The position numbers and the translations under genes are program-made. Shown here piece by piece: positions 43,637 to 55,740 of a DNA stretch of 64,000 nucleotides (position 1 is its first letter; every line of letters starts with the position of its first letter). Where the stretch lies: assembly GCA_002189035.1 (NCBI GenBank), contig NEEC01000025.1, positions 496,001-560,000 on the forward strand, in the 5' to 3' direction. Under the pieces are notes generated by a model that saw nothing but the letters and a program-made list of their open reading frames with translations, was not told where the DNA came from and searched no databases. This stretch comes from Utricularia gibba. Lineage: Eukaryota; Plantae; Magnoliophyta.

Positions 43637-44736
43637 GTTCAAAGACAGTCCACCCCAGAAAGGCAAACTGCCACCCCTTTCGAGCAATGGCCAGAAAGGG
43701 GTGATCAAAACAACAAATCTACTGAAGAATCCAGCAACCCTAAAAAAGGACCATAGCCAGAATTCTAGAAAAGGTAAAAGACGTGGCTGTATATATGGGG
43801 AAATGGAACAAAACACAAGTTGACGATGCAAATTGCAAACGCAAAAGACTTGGTGTGGGGGGCAAGAAATCCGTCAGCTGCAGTAAACATCAAAACAAAT
43901 ATTTTAATAAGCCGGTGGGTAGTGAAGTGTGCGACTCTAGAAGACAGTTCTATTTCTCTCACTCTCAGCAGCTGCAGAATTTCAGTCAAAGTTGCCGGTG
44001 TGAAACATCCTCTGAATCGCCTCTTCAGACTTTCCACAAAAGCAATTAAAACGTAACAAAAAATTCCGGAAAAGATTTCATATTATGAATATGTTTAGTT
44101 TCCATCAAATATTCCCCACGGGCTTCAAATTGAGGAGGAAGTCAAATAAGGTGGGTGCTGCCTACTGCCTACAAACGACCGAAAAGTCAGCGCGTCGCAT
44201 TCGCGGGAATATTCTAAACATAACCCGACGCGAGTGGGAAACATTCCTTTAGATGGGGTAACCCATGGGCCGACCCGGATAAGAGCCCAATCCATTTTTA
44301 AAAAACCAATATTGTGGAAAAAAGTAGATTTGCCTTTGCCTTTGCCTTCTTTACTATTAGATGATGTTGGATTTGGTGCAAATTTACTTGGATTTAATTT
44401 GTCACCTTTATTTCAATTGTAATTTTTTCTATACAAATGATTAGGAAATAACATTTTTTGAAACCTAAATCCTGACCAATGAAAATTACAACAAAACCAG
44501 TCTTTATTCCATCATCACACAATTGCTTACAACAGAAGTGAAGAGGCTGAGGCTGTGCAGTGCAGGCTAAAGAACATGTGTTCTCTGCTCATTCCAGCAG
44601 CAGAAACAAAATGTGAAAAAGAAAAAAACAAAAGTAGAGGGAAGTTACATGTTTGGTTACTTTTTTTTTTTTTTTTTTTTGTGCATCTGTGGGCATGCAC
44701 AAACCTGGTAGGTGAGAATAGGGAAGCAAGTTTCAG

Positions 44737-44842
44737 CTATATCACATAATCAGACCACTGGGAGTGGGATGTCTGGTCCATGGTCAGGCTTGGGATGGTA
44801 TGCAGTTTCACTGGAGTCCCTTTTCCTCCGAGCAGCCTGGCC
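44737..44842 (-). pseudogene. Duplicated 3' fragment of serine acetyltransferase (ARLLGGKGTPVKLHTIPSLTMDQTSHSQWSDYVI*) followed by its 3' UTR
   Basis: Near-identical to 52736-52841; downstream 44500-44736 matches the SAT 3' flank. Confidence 0.92.
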
Positions 44843-45368
44843 AGAAAATATTTCTGATAAGACACCCTAAATGCCAAATATTTTCAGAAAGAGTTGATTC
44901 TTAACAAAACCAGGTCAACGTGGTGCCAATGAGGATTGTTGTAAGGAACTGAGTAACATCATTCCTAAGCATTCTGAATACACCAGTCTCTGATTCCTTC
45001 TCAGACAGCTCCCGCACCTTCAATGAGCATGTAAGCAAGAAATATATTGTTGATCAGAATTCCAGACAAAAAGGTGTAAGGTAAGAAAAATTCTAATATG
45101 AAAAACTGTTCAATAATTAAGAAAGGTAGTATTCGCAGGCAGAACGTGAACAATGCAGTTCTATTATAGAGATCTTCTGAAAACTAGATATCAGTCGGAT
45201 TGGGAGTGATTCAACATGAATCTAGAACATGCATGCTCAAGCAAGTTCTCCTATAATCAGAGTGGCACTGTCAAGCAGCCAAGAGTTGAAGCCAAATCAC
45301 ACCCGAGCATTTTTACAGCCTTAGCATACCTTCCAAGGCCAGAGAGTGGTGATGGAGGTCTCAGCCAT
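44737..45368 (-). CDS. Putative chimeric DUF21-SAT spliced ORF, 78 aa
   Basis: Exons 45368-45330, 45017-44920 and 44836-44737 with GT-AG boundaries give an open frame ending WSDYVI*. No expression evidence. Confidence 0.3.
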
Positions 45369-46289
45369 AGAGAAGAATGCCGACAGCCCTAACAACAGAG
45401 CAAGAACAAGCCCTTGTTCTTTGAAAACCGTCAAAACCTGTAAAACCTTGGGCCATGAATGAAGGAAATTGATCGAGTTTGGAGACTTTTGAGATCTGTA
45501 GTAACATTTACTTGAGGGCTTGATGATTTACAACAGATTACAGGGTATTTGTACACAAAAATAGATCCGTTGGAATCACAGTGAGAGCCGTTGCCTTGTC
45601 TTTATGTGTATGTGGACTTTGGGCTGTGGGCTTCAGTGAGTGGGCCGACATATGACTTCAGCATTTTGGGCTTAAGTATTAGGCTCCTGTCCAGAACAAT
45701 AAGCCCGAAATTCTTGAATGAGAGGGTCTTCGTCTTCGCGGAATTACGACAGAATTCAGGAAACTCGAAGGTTTCAGCAGCTGAGGCCATGTGAGTGTGT
45801 TCTGAGGCCTCAGTTGGGTAATCATCCTCCAACAATGAAGTCCTCATTGTCGACACAATTCGTTCCCAAATCCCATATCCTGCAATGATACCACCTTCGG
45901 CGGCAAGCGCTCTCCGGCAATTCAACAAAATTACGACCCCAGTCACCGTGGCTGCAATCGTCAGCCCTCCTCTCGCAAAAATCCCAAGGAGCTTCTTTTT
46001 TTCCACCCTATTACCAGCAATCGCCATTTCTAGAGGAACTTGCTCTAAGCTTGAGCGAACGAAGGGGCGCTCTCTCATTGGGACTGACGGATGCAAACCG
46101 GGAAGTGTACAGTGCAGGACAATACATACTGTAGCGAAGCCTCGTCCCAGGTGATCCTCTGATCATTTTCAACGGTGGATTCCCCAAAACCTGGAATGAC
46201 AAAGTCGAACGGCATGGAGATGGGTATCTGTACAAGAGCTTGGTCTCAGACATTGCTGCCGCCGACCCTGCAGAAACGGCGGCATCCAT
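44843..46289 (-). pseudogene. Truncated duplicate of the DUF21 gene (exon 1 to intron 2)
   Basis: Copy of 37134-38243 with a 5-nt deletion at 46016/46017 (stop at 46011-46013) and a solo LTR inserted in exon 1. Confidence 0.9.
45460..45834 (-). mobile_element. Solo LTR, 375 bp
   Basis: TG...CA termini on both strands, perfect 5-bp target-site duplication ATGAA (45455-45459 and 45835-45839), absent from the paralogous site at about 37786. The minus strand shows GCCCA motifs and then TACAAATACCC, consistent with U3-R-U5 order. Confidence 0.88.
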
Positions 46290-46639
46290 TGTTCTTCCCA
46301 CTTAATATACAGAAATTAATAAGAAACCCCCCAAAGATTCGGCTTTTATGGAATCTTTGGCCTTTTGGCTCTGTGATGAAATCTCGCAAGCACCAGGCGA
46401 TAAGCTCCTTGCCCCGGAGAAACTCTCTCCGGCAAGTTGCGAGGAAAAGTTACATCAATACCCTCAATAGTTTTCTTTTTGATTAAATTAGGGGAAAAAA
46501 CCCTCGTTCATCCAAAGCAAACACAAAACTTTCAGTGAAGGAGCACAGAACTAAAGCCTTCCCTTATTCGAAGATGAGGAACTAGAAGCTAGAAACATGA
46601 CACGCTGATGATAAGCTCAAGCACCAGTGTGATAAGTTG

Positions 46640-49600
46640 TTACATTTCGCCATTTGAACGGTTGTCAGAGCTCGAACTCGGCCGCATGCTGTACTCCGCT
46701 ACCAGCTTTGTAAATAAGGATGACTTGTCCTCCAGCAGCTTATCTGGTGCGCCATGCTCCTTGAGCAGCCCTGCAGGGGCGAACAAACAAACACCTGAAT
46801 GGGAATATGCTCGGAAGAGATTTGGTTGTGGGAATGGTGTACCGTTGTCTAGTAGCAAGACCATGTCACTGTCTAGAACCGATGTGATTCTGTGGGCAAT
46901 GGTTATGACTGTGGAGTCTGAAAAATACTGCTTGAGAGTTTGTTGAATCAAGTTGTCAGTGGCTGTGTCAACTGATGCTGTTGCTTCGTCCAGAATGAGG
47001 ATTCTGCTCTTCTTCAGCAGCACCCGAGCCAGACAAACGAGTTGCCTCTGACCAACGCTCCAGTTCTCCCCGTTTTCAGACACCTGAGAATCGAGCTTCT
47101 CCGCCTTCTTCCTTACTTCATCACCTAGCTGACATTTATCTAAAGCCTAAAAGAAACAGAGAAGTTCATCAGAGTTCAAAGCTCGTCTCTTTTCGTTCTT
47201 CAGGAACTTATTTTCAACTCACCTCCCAGATTTGATCATCCGTGTGCTCTTCAAGAGGATCTAGATTACTCCGAATGGACCCCTGAAACATGGTAGGATC
47301 TTGTGGGATGATGCTTAGTCTAGAGCGCAGGTCATGAAGCCCGATAAGAGAGATGTCAACACCATCAATCAGGATCTTCCCAGCAGTTGGCTCCACAATT
47401 CGGAACAGGGTCTGGATCAGAGTCGATTTACCGCTCCCAGTTCTGCCAACTATTCCAGTCTTCTTTCCACCATAGAAGGTGCAGCTGAGGCCTCGTAGCA
47501 CCACTGGCAAGTGAGGCGCATATCGTAACTAGAGATACGAGTGTGAATTTCTAGATGAAAATCAAGAACATTGTTGACAAAAAGCAACTTCGAATGTTCA
47601 CCTGAAGATCTTGTATGCTCACTTCTCCGTGCATTGGCCACTTACTCTGAGGCCTATTGGATTCGATTTCCAGAGGGGGTTCACTTGGAATATTTATGTA
47701 CTGAAGTATTCTTTCTACAGATATGATTTTATTTTCCATGTCGCAAAAGGACCATACGATCCAACTTTGCAGCATATTCAAGGTAAGGCCATAGGTAACA
47801 GCCAGACCAGCAAAGCCTACAATCATTCAGAAAAGAAAGAAAAAGAGCTTACTGTAGATTTCAAACGGAGTATCAGCAAAAGACCACAAACTCACTTGGA
47901 TCGATTGTTCCTTGTTGGACAGAAACCAGGAAAATCAGTGAAAAGGCGAAGGTGACAAGTGCAAAAATGGCAAGGCGCATGCACAGCCATTCCCTGGCAG
48001 CAGCTGCATGAAATTGTGGCCTTGAAAATGCGTCGATATATTTCATACTTAAGTCACGAAATCTCTGCTGTTGATCAAAACTTCGGATTGTACTTGTCCC
48101 CGAGATAGTTTCTGAAAAGTGTTGAAAAACCGGAGCCTTGCAGACACCGCTCAGTCGAGCGAGTTCTCGTGCAGAAGCAATGTAGTATCGCTGGAACAAC
48201 AAGATAGCAATATCAGTAAGATGTGTGTAAAATGCATGGAAGATTGAGAGTTTACCTGCAACAAAAAGCATATTGCTGCCACGGGAATAAAAACAATGAA
48301 TATCTGCCATGCAACCTGAGACATAACAAATATAACACACAAAAGCTGTATTGCAGCAATAAAAAAACTCCCAGCTACAGAAGCCATCCTCAAATCAAGT
48401 GTACTCTGATCTGTTGAAACCTGTCAAAAAACTTGTGTCGGGAGAAGCCTTGAAGACAAACAGAAAAAGAAGTTAGCATACCCTGTTTAGTATTCGTCCA
48501 CTAGGAGTGGAATCAAAGAAAGACATGGGTGCACGGAAAATGCACATAATCAATTTTTTGAAGAGAGTGTTTGCTGCCGCATATCCAATGGTTGCAATAA
48601 GTACTGCTCGGATGAAAATGCAGATACCAGTTGCAACAGCTAGTGCCAGGTACACGAGAATAAGAGTCGAACGCCCAACAGGACCAGGCTCATCTTTTGA
48701 GACAGGTGTTGCCCAAGCCATCCAGTAAGTGCTTCCAACATCAAGAACTTGAAACAGGATTTGTGACAACATTGCAAATGGTAATAGAAGTCCTCCGTAC
48801 CCCGTTGTAATATATTTCCAGTAAACTGATAGTCCAACACTTCCCTTCTCTCTTTCTTCATCTTGGACGAGCTCCCCCTTTGCTTCCCAACTATCATCCT
48901 GACTCTTTTTTGATTCTTGTCTATGTAACACTGGTTTGGAACTCCTAGGACTCCTTGGTCACTGATGATCTCTGTATCTTCTTTCAGAGAATCAAGAGCA
49001 CTCAGAGCCTCCTCGTGCGCCCCAACAAGTTCCATAAAGTCAGTTCCAGAGATGAGGATGTCATTATATTTTCCAGATTGTTTTATTTCTCCATCCTTCA
49101 TTACCTGATGACAGCTATTACATTAACCGAACAATACTCAGACATGCGATGCAAGAACTTAGAGATACACAAATACTTTACCACAATCAAGTCAGCTGCC
49201 GGCAGAAAATCCACTTGATGTGTCACATAGATCACGGTTTTAGAAGCCAAAAGCCCCAGAATACATTCCTAGAAATATAAAAAAAAAACATTAGAATCTT
49301 GAGCAAAAATGTCAAGTTTGGAGGGTGACAAGCGGGTGACCCAAAGAAAACTATCAATTCCGCAAATGCTTACATTAAATAGATGTGATCCTGTATGAGC
49401 ATCAACAGCACTAAAAGGATCATCAAACAAATAAATATCAGCATCTTGATAAAGAGCCCGTGCTATCTGTATCCTCTGTTTCTGACCACCACTCAAATTA
49501 ATTCCCCTTTCCCCAATAATAGTTTGATCTCCAGAAGAAAATACTTCCAAGTCTTTCTTAAGGGCGCATGCTTCCAAAATCCTCTCATACCTTCCACGAT

Positions 49601-51685
49601 CCATTGGCTTGCCAAACAAAATGTTTTCTTCAATCTTTCCACTTTGTATCCAAGCTGACTGAGGAACATAGGCCTTTGTTCCGCAGAGCCTAATAATACC
49701 AGATACTTTTGGCATTTCACCAAGAATACAAGAAAGCAAGCTCGACTTTCCAGAACCAACAACCCCACAAACTGCAACTCTCATGCCTCGAGATACTTTC
49801 AAATCAATATTTTTCAAAGTAGTAGGAGAAGAAGATTCATCCCAGCTGAAGTTCCCATTGATCACCTCTACAGCCATATCAGAACTACCAATGGGAAAAC
49901 TTTCCACAATATCAGACTGTAGATCATCTAGAGAAAGAAAGGATGCGACTCGTTTAAGTGAAACCTTAGTTTGAATAATCATGGATATCGTGTCAGGAAG
50001 TGTATAAATGGTCTCTTGAAGCATTCTGAAAGTTGCAAGCGCAGACAGTATTTTTCCTGACTCAAGAGGGATTCCCAGTAGCACACAAGTACCAAAGGTC
50101 ACAGCAGATACAAATGTAGGGGAAATCCAGAAGACAAAGCTGGAAACTGATCCAGTATAAAGATATTTTTTTAGCCAGCTTGCTTCAACATTCCGAATAT
50201 CCATGATTTTCTTCAGGAACTTGATTTCCCAAGCCTGAAGCTTTAAAATTCTCATGTTTTTCAATATCTCAGAGGTTGCTTTCATCCGTTCGTCTTTAGT
50301 TTTCATTAGATTATCCTGAAATTTATTTTGTAAACTTCCTATAGGAAAATTTAGTAGCATCACAAAAATTGTAGCCGCAAATCCGGCTATTGAAGCAATT
50401 CCAACATCCTTATACAATATTGTCAACGCCAGAACAACTTGTATGATGATAATCCATGAACTGTGAAAGTACCATGAAATACCAGATATCCGTTCTGCAT
50501 CAACAGCCATGAAATTTATAATTTCTCCTGACGTTTGGGTTTGCTTTGACTGAAAAGATAGAGTCAATCCCTTGTTATATATTTTGGCAACCAGTGCTGA
50601 CCTTACTCTGTAACCAGCCTGCTGTGCCGCAAAAAAGAAGTGTCTCTCTGCTATGCATTCGAAAAACTTGGCAAAGAAAAATGCAGAAACCAACATATAA
50701 CCTTCATTTTTCGGACGTCTTTTGCCGTTTAGATACTGAACGAAACTGTCAATGAGAAGAGGCCCAACATATGACGCCAATGTGCATACAAGACCACAGA
50801 AACCAGATAACGCGGTAGGTTTCCATGCAGAAAAAATTAATCCTTTAGCTAGCATAAAAGTGGTGACTTTGTTGCTCCCTCTGTGATAAGATTCGAGGTT
50901 GTTATTCAAAATTGGAAACGACTCCCGTACACTATCAGGGCCAGCAAGCTGAGGAACATCCTCGATGTCCAAGATTTTCTTGTATCCAAGAGAAATTAAG
51001 GGAGTAATCCAAGAGAACGTGAATACATTAAAAATGTTGGCTACAGCATAAGGAGTCACAGTTTCTTCCCCTTTCGGAGTTGGTTTTGACTCTACCGAAG
51101 CACCATTCAAAAGTGGTTCCTGAAGTGAGACGTTTTCGCCATTTCTCTGGGTAAAACCCACGTAACAATAAGCCAAACCCATCATCAATGAAAGGACATC
51201 AGAAATCCAAAACAGAGACGATAGATTACCATGCTTAGCATAATATATAAAGTCTATCACGACGCAGTAACAAGAAAGGCAGAAGAAGAACCCCCACCAT
51301 ACCCTGAGAAGAAGAGGGTACTTGGCCCCGTCGAGTTCACGACTTGAAATTGCAAGAATACATAAAGAAGTAACCAAGCCAGTGTTTTCATGCCAAAATC
51401 AACTAAAGTTAAAATCTTTTCTTCTTGCCAACCATTTCTATACCAGTAGAAGAAGCACAATAAGCAGAAGACAAGATTAAGCACTGAGAAACCCAAACAG
51501 AAATACGCTGTTGCCTTAGAGTAAGACAGAGTATTTTTAATGAGGATGCTGCTCTGGGTTTCTTCCCGATTTCTGTAAAACCTGTTGCAAAGCCACTGAA
51601 AGAGTAACACTCCTAAGAGAACAAGATGGCAAGAAGCTGTCAAGAGGCGCAAATATAATGGGTTGACAAAGATTTCATCATCCAT
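46640..51685 (-). pseudogene. ABCC3: ABCC3-like transporter copy 2 with two 1-nt frameshifts (about 51327 and 48954); pseudogene or assembly error
   Basis: Full exon set parallel to copy 1. ACG GAG GCC becomes ACGGGGCC, and CAA AGA AGT becomes CAAGGAGT. Confidence 0.7.
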
Positions 51686-52735
51686 GTTCACAGACAGCCC
51701 ACCTCAGAAAGGGAAACTGCCACCCCCTTCCGAGCAATGGCCAGAAAGGGGTGATCAAAGCAAAAAATCTACTGAAGAATCCAGGATTCTATCAAAGGTA
51801 AAAGACGTGGCTCGATACATGGGGAAGTCGAACAAAAACAAGTTGACGATGCAAATTGCAAAAGCAACAGGCTTGGTGTGGGGGGCAAGAAATCCGTCAG
51901 CTGCAGTAAACACCAAAACAAATATTTTAATAAGCCGGTGGGTAGTGAAGTGTGCGACTCCAGAAGACAGTTCTATTTCTGTCACTCACAGCAGCTGCAG
52001 AATTTCAGTCAAAGTTGCCGGTGTCAAACATCCTATGAATCGCCACTTCAGACTTCCTACAAAAGCAATTAAAACGTAACAAAAAATTCCGGAAAAGATT
52101 TCATATTGTGAAAATGTTTTGTTTCCATCAATTGAGGAGGAAGTCAAATAAGGTGGGTGCTGCCTGCTGCCTACAAACGACCGAAAAGTCAGCGCGTCGC
52201 ATTCGCGGGAATATTCTAAACATGACCCGACCCGCGTGGGAATATTCTAGAAAAGCTTCATATGGGCTAACCCATGGGCCGACCCGGATAAGAGCCCAAT
52301 CCATTTGTAAAAAACAAATATTGTGGAAAAAAGTAATTTGCCTTTGCCTTTGCCTTCTTTACTATTAGATGATGTTGGATTTGGTGCGAATTTATTTGGA
52401 TTTAATTTGTCACTTTATTTCAATTGTAATTTTTTCTATACAAATGATTAGGAAATAACATTTGTTGAAACCTAAATCCTGACCAATGAATATTACAACA
52501 AAACCAGTCTTTATTCCATCATCACACAACTGCTGACAACAGAAGTGAAGAAGAGGCTGAGGCTGTGCAGTGCAGGCTAAAGAACATGTGTTCTTTGCTC
52601 ATTGCAGCAGCAGAAACAAAATTTGAAAAAGAAAAAAACAAAAGCAGAGGGAAGTTACATGTTTGGTTACTTTTTTTTTGTGCATCTGTGGGCATGCACA
52701 AACCTGGTAGGTGAGAATAGGGAAGCAAGTTTCAG

Positions 52736-53668
52736 CTATATCACATAATCAGACCACTGGGAGTGGGATGTCTGGTCCATGGTCAGACTTGGGATGGTAT
52801 GCAGCTTCACTGGAGTCCCTTTTCCTCCGAGCAGCCTGGCCGGATTCCCCACCGCTGTCGTCCTCGCCGGAATGGGCTTCAACACCACAGACCCTGCGCC
52901 GATCTTAGCTCCATCCCCGATCTTTATGTTCCCCAGAACACATGTCCCTGCACCAATGAGCACCCCATCACCAATCTTAGGGTGCCTGTCTCCGGCTTCT
53001 TTTCCGGTTCCACCTAGTGTAACGTTATGCAGAATCGCCACGTTGTTTCCGATGACCGCCGTCTCTCCGATCACAACACCGGTGGCGTGGTCAAGCAGAA
53101 TACCTCGACCGATTCTGGCACCGGGGTGAATGTCCACTGCGAATACCTCAGACGCCCTGTTTTGAAGCAGCAAGGCAAGAACTTTCCTTCCGTTGCACCA
53201 CAAATGATGAGCAATTCTGTATGCTTGGCAAGCTAGAAATCCCTTGAAATTCAAGAAACAGTGGACGTGGCTGATGCAAGCAGGATCCCTTTCTGTAACC
53301 ATCCGGAGATCATCAACAACAGCTCCCATAATCTCACGGTTTTCATCAAGAACATCCATGAACACATCATAGAGGTTCTCAATAGGTAAACTGGAATTGC
53401 TCAGCTTCATAGCAAGATAATTTGCTAAAGCGGACTCCATAGACTCATGAGATAAAATTGAATTGAAGTAATACCCAGATAACACAGGTTCAATATCAGC
53501 ATCTGACCTCGCTTCAGCTCTCATCAACCTCCACAAATCAGCAACTTTGGCACCATTCGAAACAGGGGAATGGAAAGTTGGCCTGCAGAAGTTCACAAGC
53601 TCAGTCAACACAAGATCATCTAGCTTGGGATTTGGCTGAGGAACTTCTGTTCTTGCACAAAGCGCCAT
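52736..53668 (-). CDS. SAT: Serine acetyltransferase (SERAT2-like), intronless, 310 aa
   Basis: DPACISHVHCFLNFKGFLACQAYRIAH, hexapeptide repeats DIHPGARIGRGILLDHATGVVIGETAVIG, GDRHPKIGDG, C-terminal WSDYVI. Start taken as the ATG at 53668, downstream of TATATA at about 53751-53756. Confidence 0.96.
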   Translation of the reverse strand: MALCARTEVPQPNPKLDDLVLTELVNFCRPTFHSPVSNGAKVADLWRLMRAEARSDADIEPVLSGYYFNSILSHESMESALANYLAMKLSNSSLPIENLYDVFMDVLDENREIMGAVVDDLRMVTERDPACISHVHCFLNFKGFLACQAYRIAHHLWCNGRKVLALLLQNRASEVFAVDIHPGARIGRGILLDHATGVVIGETAVIGNNVAILHNVTLGGTGKEAGDRHPKIGDGVLIGAGTCVLGNIKIGDGAKIGAGSVVLKPIPARTTAVGNPARLLGGKGTPVKLHTIPSLTMDQTSHSQWSDYVI

Positions 53669-54768
53669 GAAGAGAACCGGTTGCCAAACAAGCTCAAACC
53701 AGATGGAAAAAAAGCCGCAGTTTGAGCAAGGAAAACAGGCAGCGCAGGTATATATAGACGAACTAGATTGACTCACTGATGACGTCTGTTGTGGGTAGGA
53801 GCTGAAAAACACTGGGCCCTGGTGGAAAATGAAGATGACAATCCCATCTTCATCCCAAGGTTCAAAAACACCGAGGGGGTCCAACCGCGGCTGCAACAAT
53901 CCAAATTCCCATTTCTCAACTGGCGCGTACAATTAATGGGACGCAATGGAGCCCTGCAACCACATCAAGCCAACGCCTCTCTGTGGAAGGCGATATCTCA
54001 GAATATTGTTTCTTTTAAAACGTGAGTAGACCAGTCTTCTTGCAGACGTATGCGATTACGATATTCCGCTGGAGATTGCTTGAGTAAATTACCATAATTC
54101 TCCAACTTTTAAAATAAATAGGTAAATTGTCAAAAAGATGAATGAATGAATAATCAGTGAAAACTCCAAAAATATTTAAGGCAAATTACAAAAAATAAAT
54201 TATTTTTTAGTAAAAAATAGCAATAGCGATAAATTATCAAAAAATGATATAATTAAGGTAAAATAAAATCAAAGTAGGCAAGATTGCTTCCTCCATCGTC
54301 GCACTCCATTTGTCGGCCCTGTGAACGATTAGGCCTTGCAGAGGACGACAAGGGAGAGAGCAATCACGGAAGAGGATTACAAGACAAAAAGAACATCTAT
54401 TTGCATCTAATTCCTTGTATTTGTACCTTAATGGGCTTACTATGGCAGGCGAGAAATGGAGACACTCCGTCGCCATCGGAGCCTACTCATATTGTCCTAT
54501 AACCTTATCTCCATTCCTCCAGTGACGGTAGTAGCGGCCTTCTAGATCCTGTGAGGGGAAGTTTCCATAAGAAACGGAGGGATTTTGGAATCAAGTTTCC
54601 CATAATGTAAATAGAATCCCAAGGAAGACGGGGGCATGGGAAAATCTTCATCAAGATGGATTTTTTGCTGCTTTTCCTCCCAGTCCAAAATACAAATGAA
54701 CCGTGGCTCGATGGCTTGCCCTAGTTCCCTAGTGTATGTGGTGTGGAGCGTGCAGGGTCGGGGTAAAA

Positions 54769-55025
54769 CTAAAGCTTCACCTCAACATCGACGCCGGCAG
54801 GGAGATCCAGCTGCATCGAGGAGTCGATGATGAGTTCTGATCTCGGAAGGGAACCTGGCGTCCTTGTGGACATGAGGCGATTTCAGAACACAGTATATCC
54901 TTTTTTCGTAGGCAGTGGAACAGGATCCATGAACCTGGAACTTGTAGTCCTTGCAGCATCCATAATCTGCTTGCAAGAGTCTAGTAGGATCTCAACTTGA
55001 TCCGAATCTTCTGCCTCGGTGCAAC
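54769..55025 (-). pseudogene. RPS10: Decayed plastid ribosomal protein S10 (uS10c) exon
   Basis: After the acceptor TTTTCTCAG, three frames give [56 protein letters not shown] and [18 protein letters not shown], i.e. uS10 motifs broken by deletions. Confidence 0.9.
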
Positions 55026-55639
55026 CTGAGAAAAGGGTGCAACTTCAATCATAAAATGGGAACCTTTAGGAATGCATTAGAGTGGTGCAGTGGTTTAGAT
55101 TACCATCTGTGTGCATGCTAAACTATCATTCGCTCAACTAAGAAGTGTAGACTCAAACTGTAATCCTTCATGCTAGCAGTACCAACTCAATATCCGTACA
55201 ACTCATGCCCTCTTTCCCAATCATAACAGTGCAAGGGGAATGAATGGATTATTCTGCATATCTACAATCGCTTTCCACTTCTTCATCATGAAGACTAAGG
55301 AAAACGTCCCCGTCGCCCTACCAGCAAAGATAACCCAGTTAAACAGTCAATCTAGAAGCACTGTGATTTTATCGGGAGGTAAGGAGAAGGAAACCTCAAC
55401 GGATGCGGATCCGAAATCGGTTTCAAACGCCCGAGGAGGAACAAAATTTCAGGCGTGGTGAGCACATACGATTTCAGCCTCCCAAAATTCACTGAAGAGA
55501 ATGAAACCTCATTCCTCGAGGGTACTGCTTAACGGAAAAACTACCGCCGACGCGGATCCGACATTGCTCGATCCTTGATACTACTCTCTGTATGCGGATC
55601 CAAGAATCCTGATCTCCAGCCCGCGGTTGAGTCCGCAGA

Positions 55640-55740
55640 GATTGGGCTTAAGGTTTTCGATTATGGGCCGGATAACTAGCCCAAATGAGAACAGACCAAT
55701 TAGGATTCTTGATTAATTATAAATCAGGATTAAACCCTAA
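55640..55740 (-). promoter_or_regulatory. Site II motifs plus telo-box, probable relic RPS10 promoter
   Basis: TGGGCT/TGGGCC/AGCCCA at about 55644-55683 and AAACCCTAA at 55732-55740; this pairing is typical of plant ribosomal protein promoters. Confidence 0.45.

Larger units (their letters stand above)
44843..52841. repeat. Tandem duplication unit 2, 7999 bp
   Basis: Counterpart of 37134-44842. The extra length comes mainly from the 380-bp LTR plus target-site duplication. Confidence 0.93.

Noticed and set aside
43637-43831. 65-codon N-terminal extension of ABCC copy 1
   Set aside because: The frame is not conserved in copy 2 and looks like leader or intron sequence.
45460-46017. The 5-nt deletion and the 380-nt LTR+TSD insertion give a net +375, which seemed to restore the DUF21-copy frame
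   Set aside because: The native start hits a stop at 46011-46013 and the downstream frame stops inside the LTR at 45602, so no read-through protein exists.
53669-53932. 88-codon in-frame extension upstream of SAT
   Set aside because: It contains a TATATA box and CT-rich leader sequence and has no SAT-like content; the ATG at 53668 is the more plausible start. Not excluded without TSS data.
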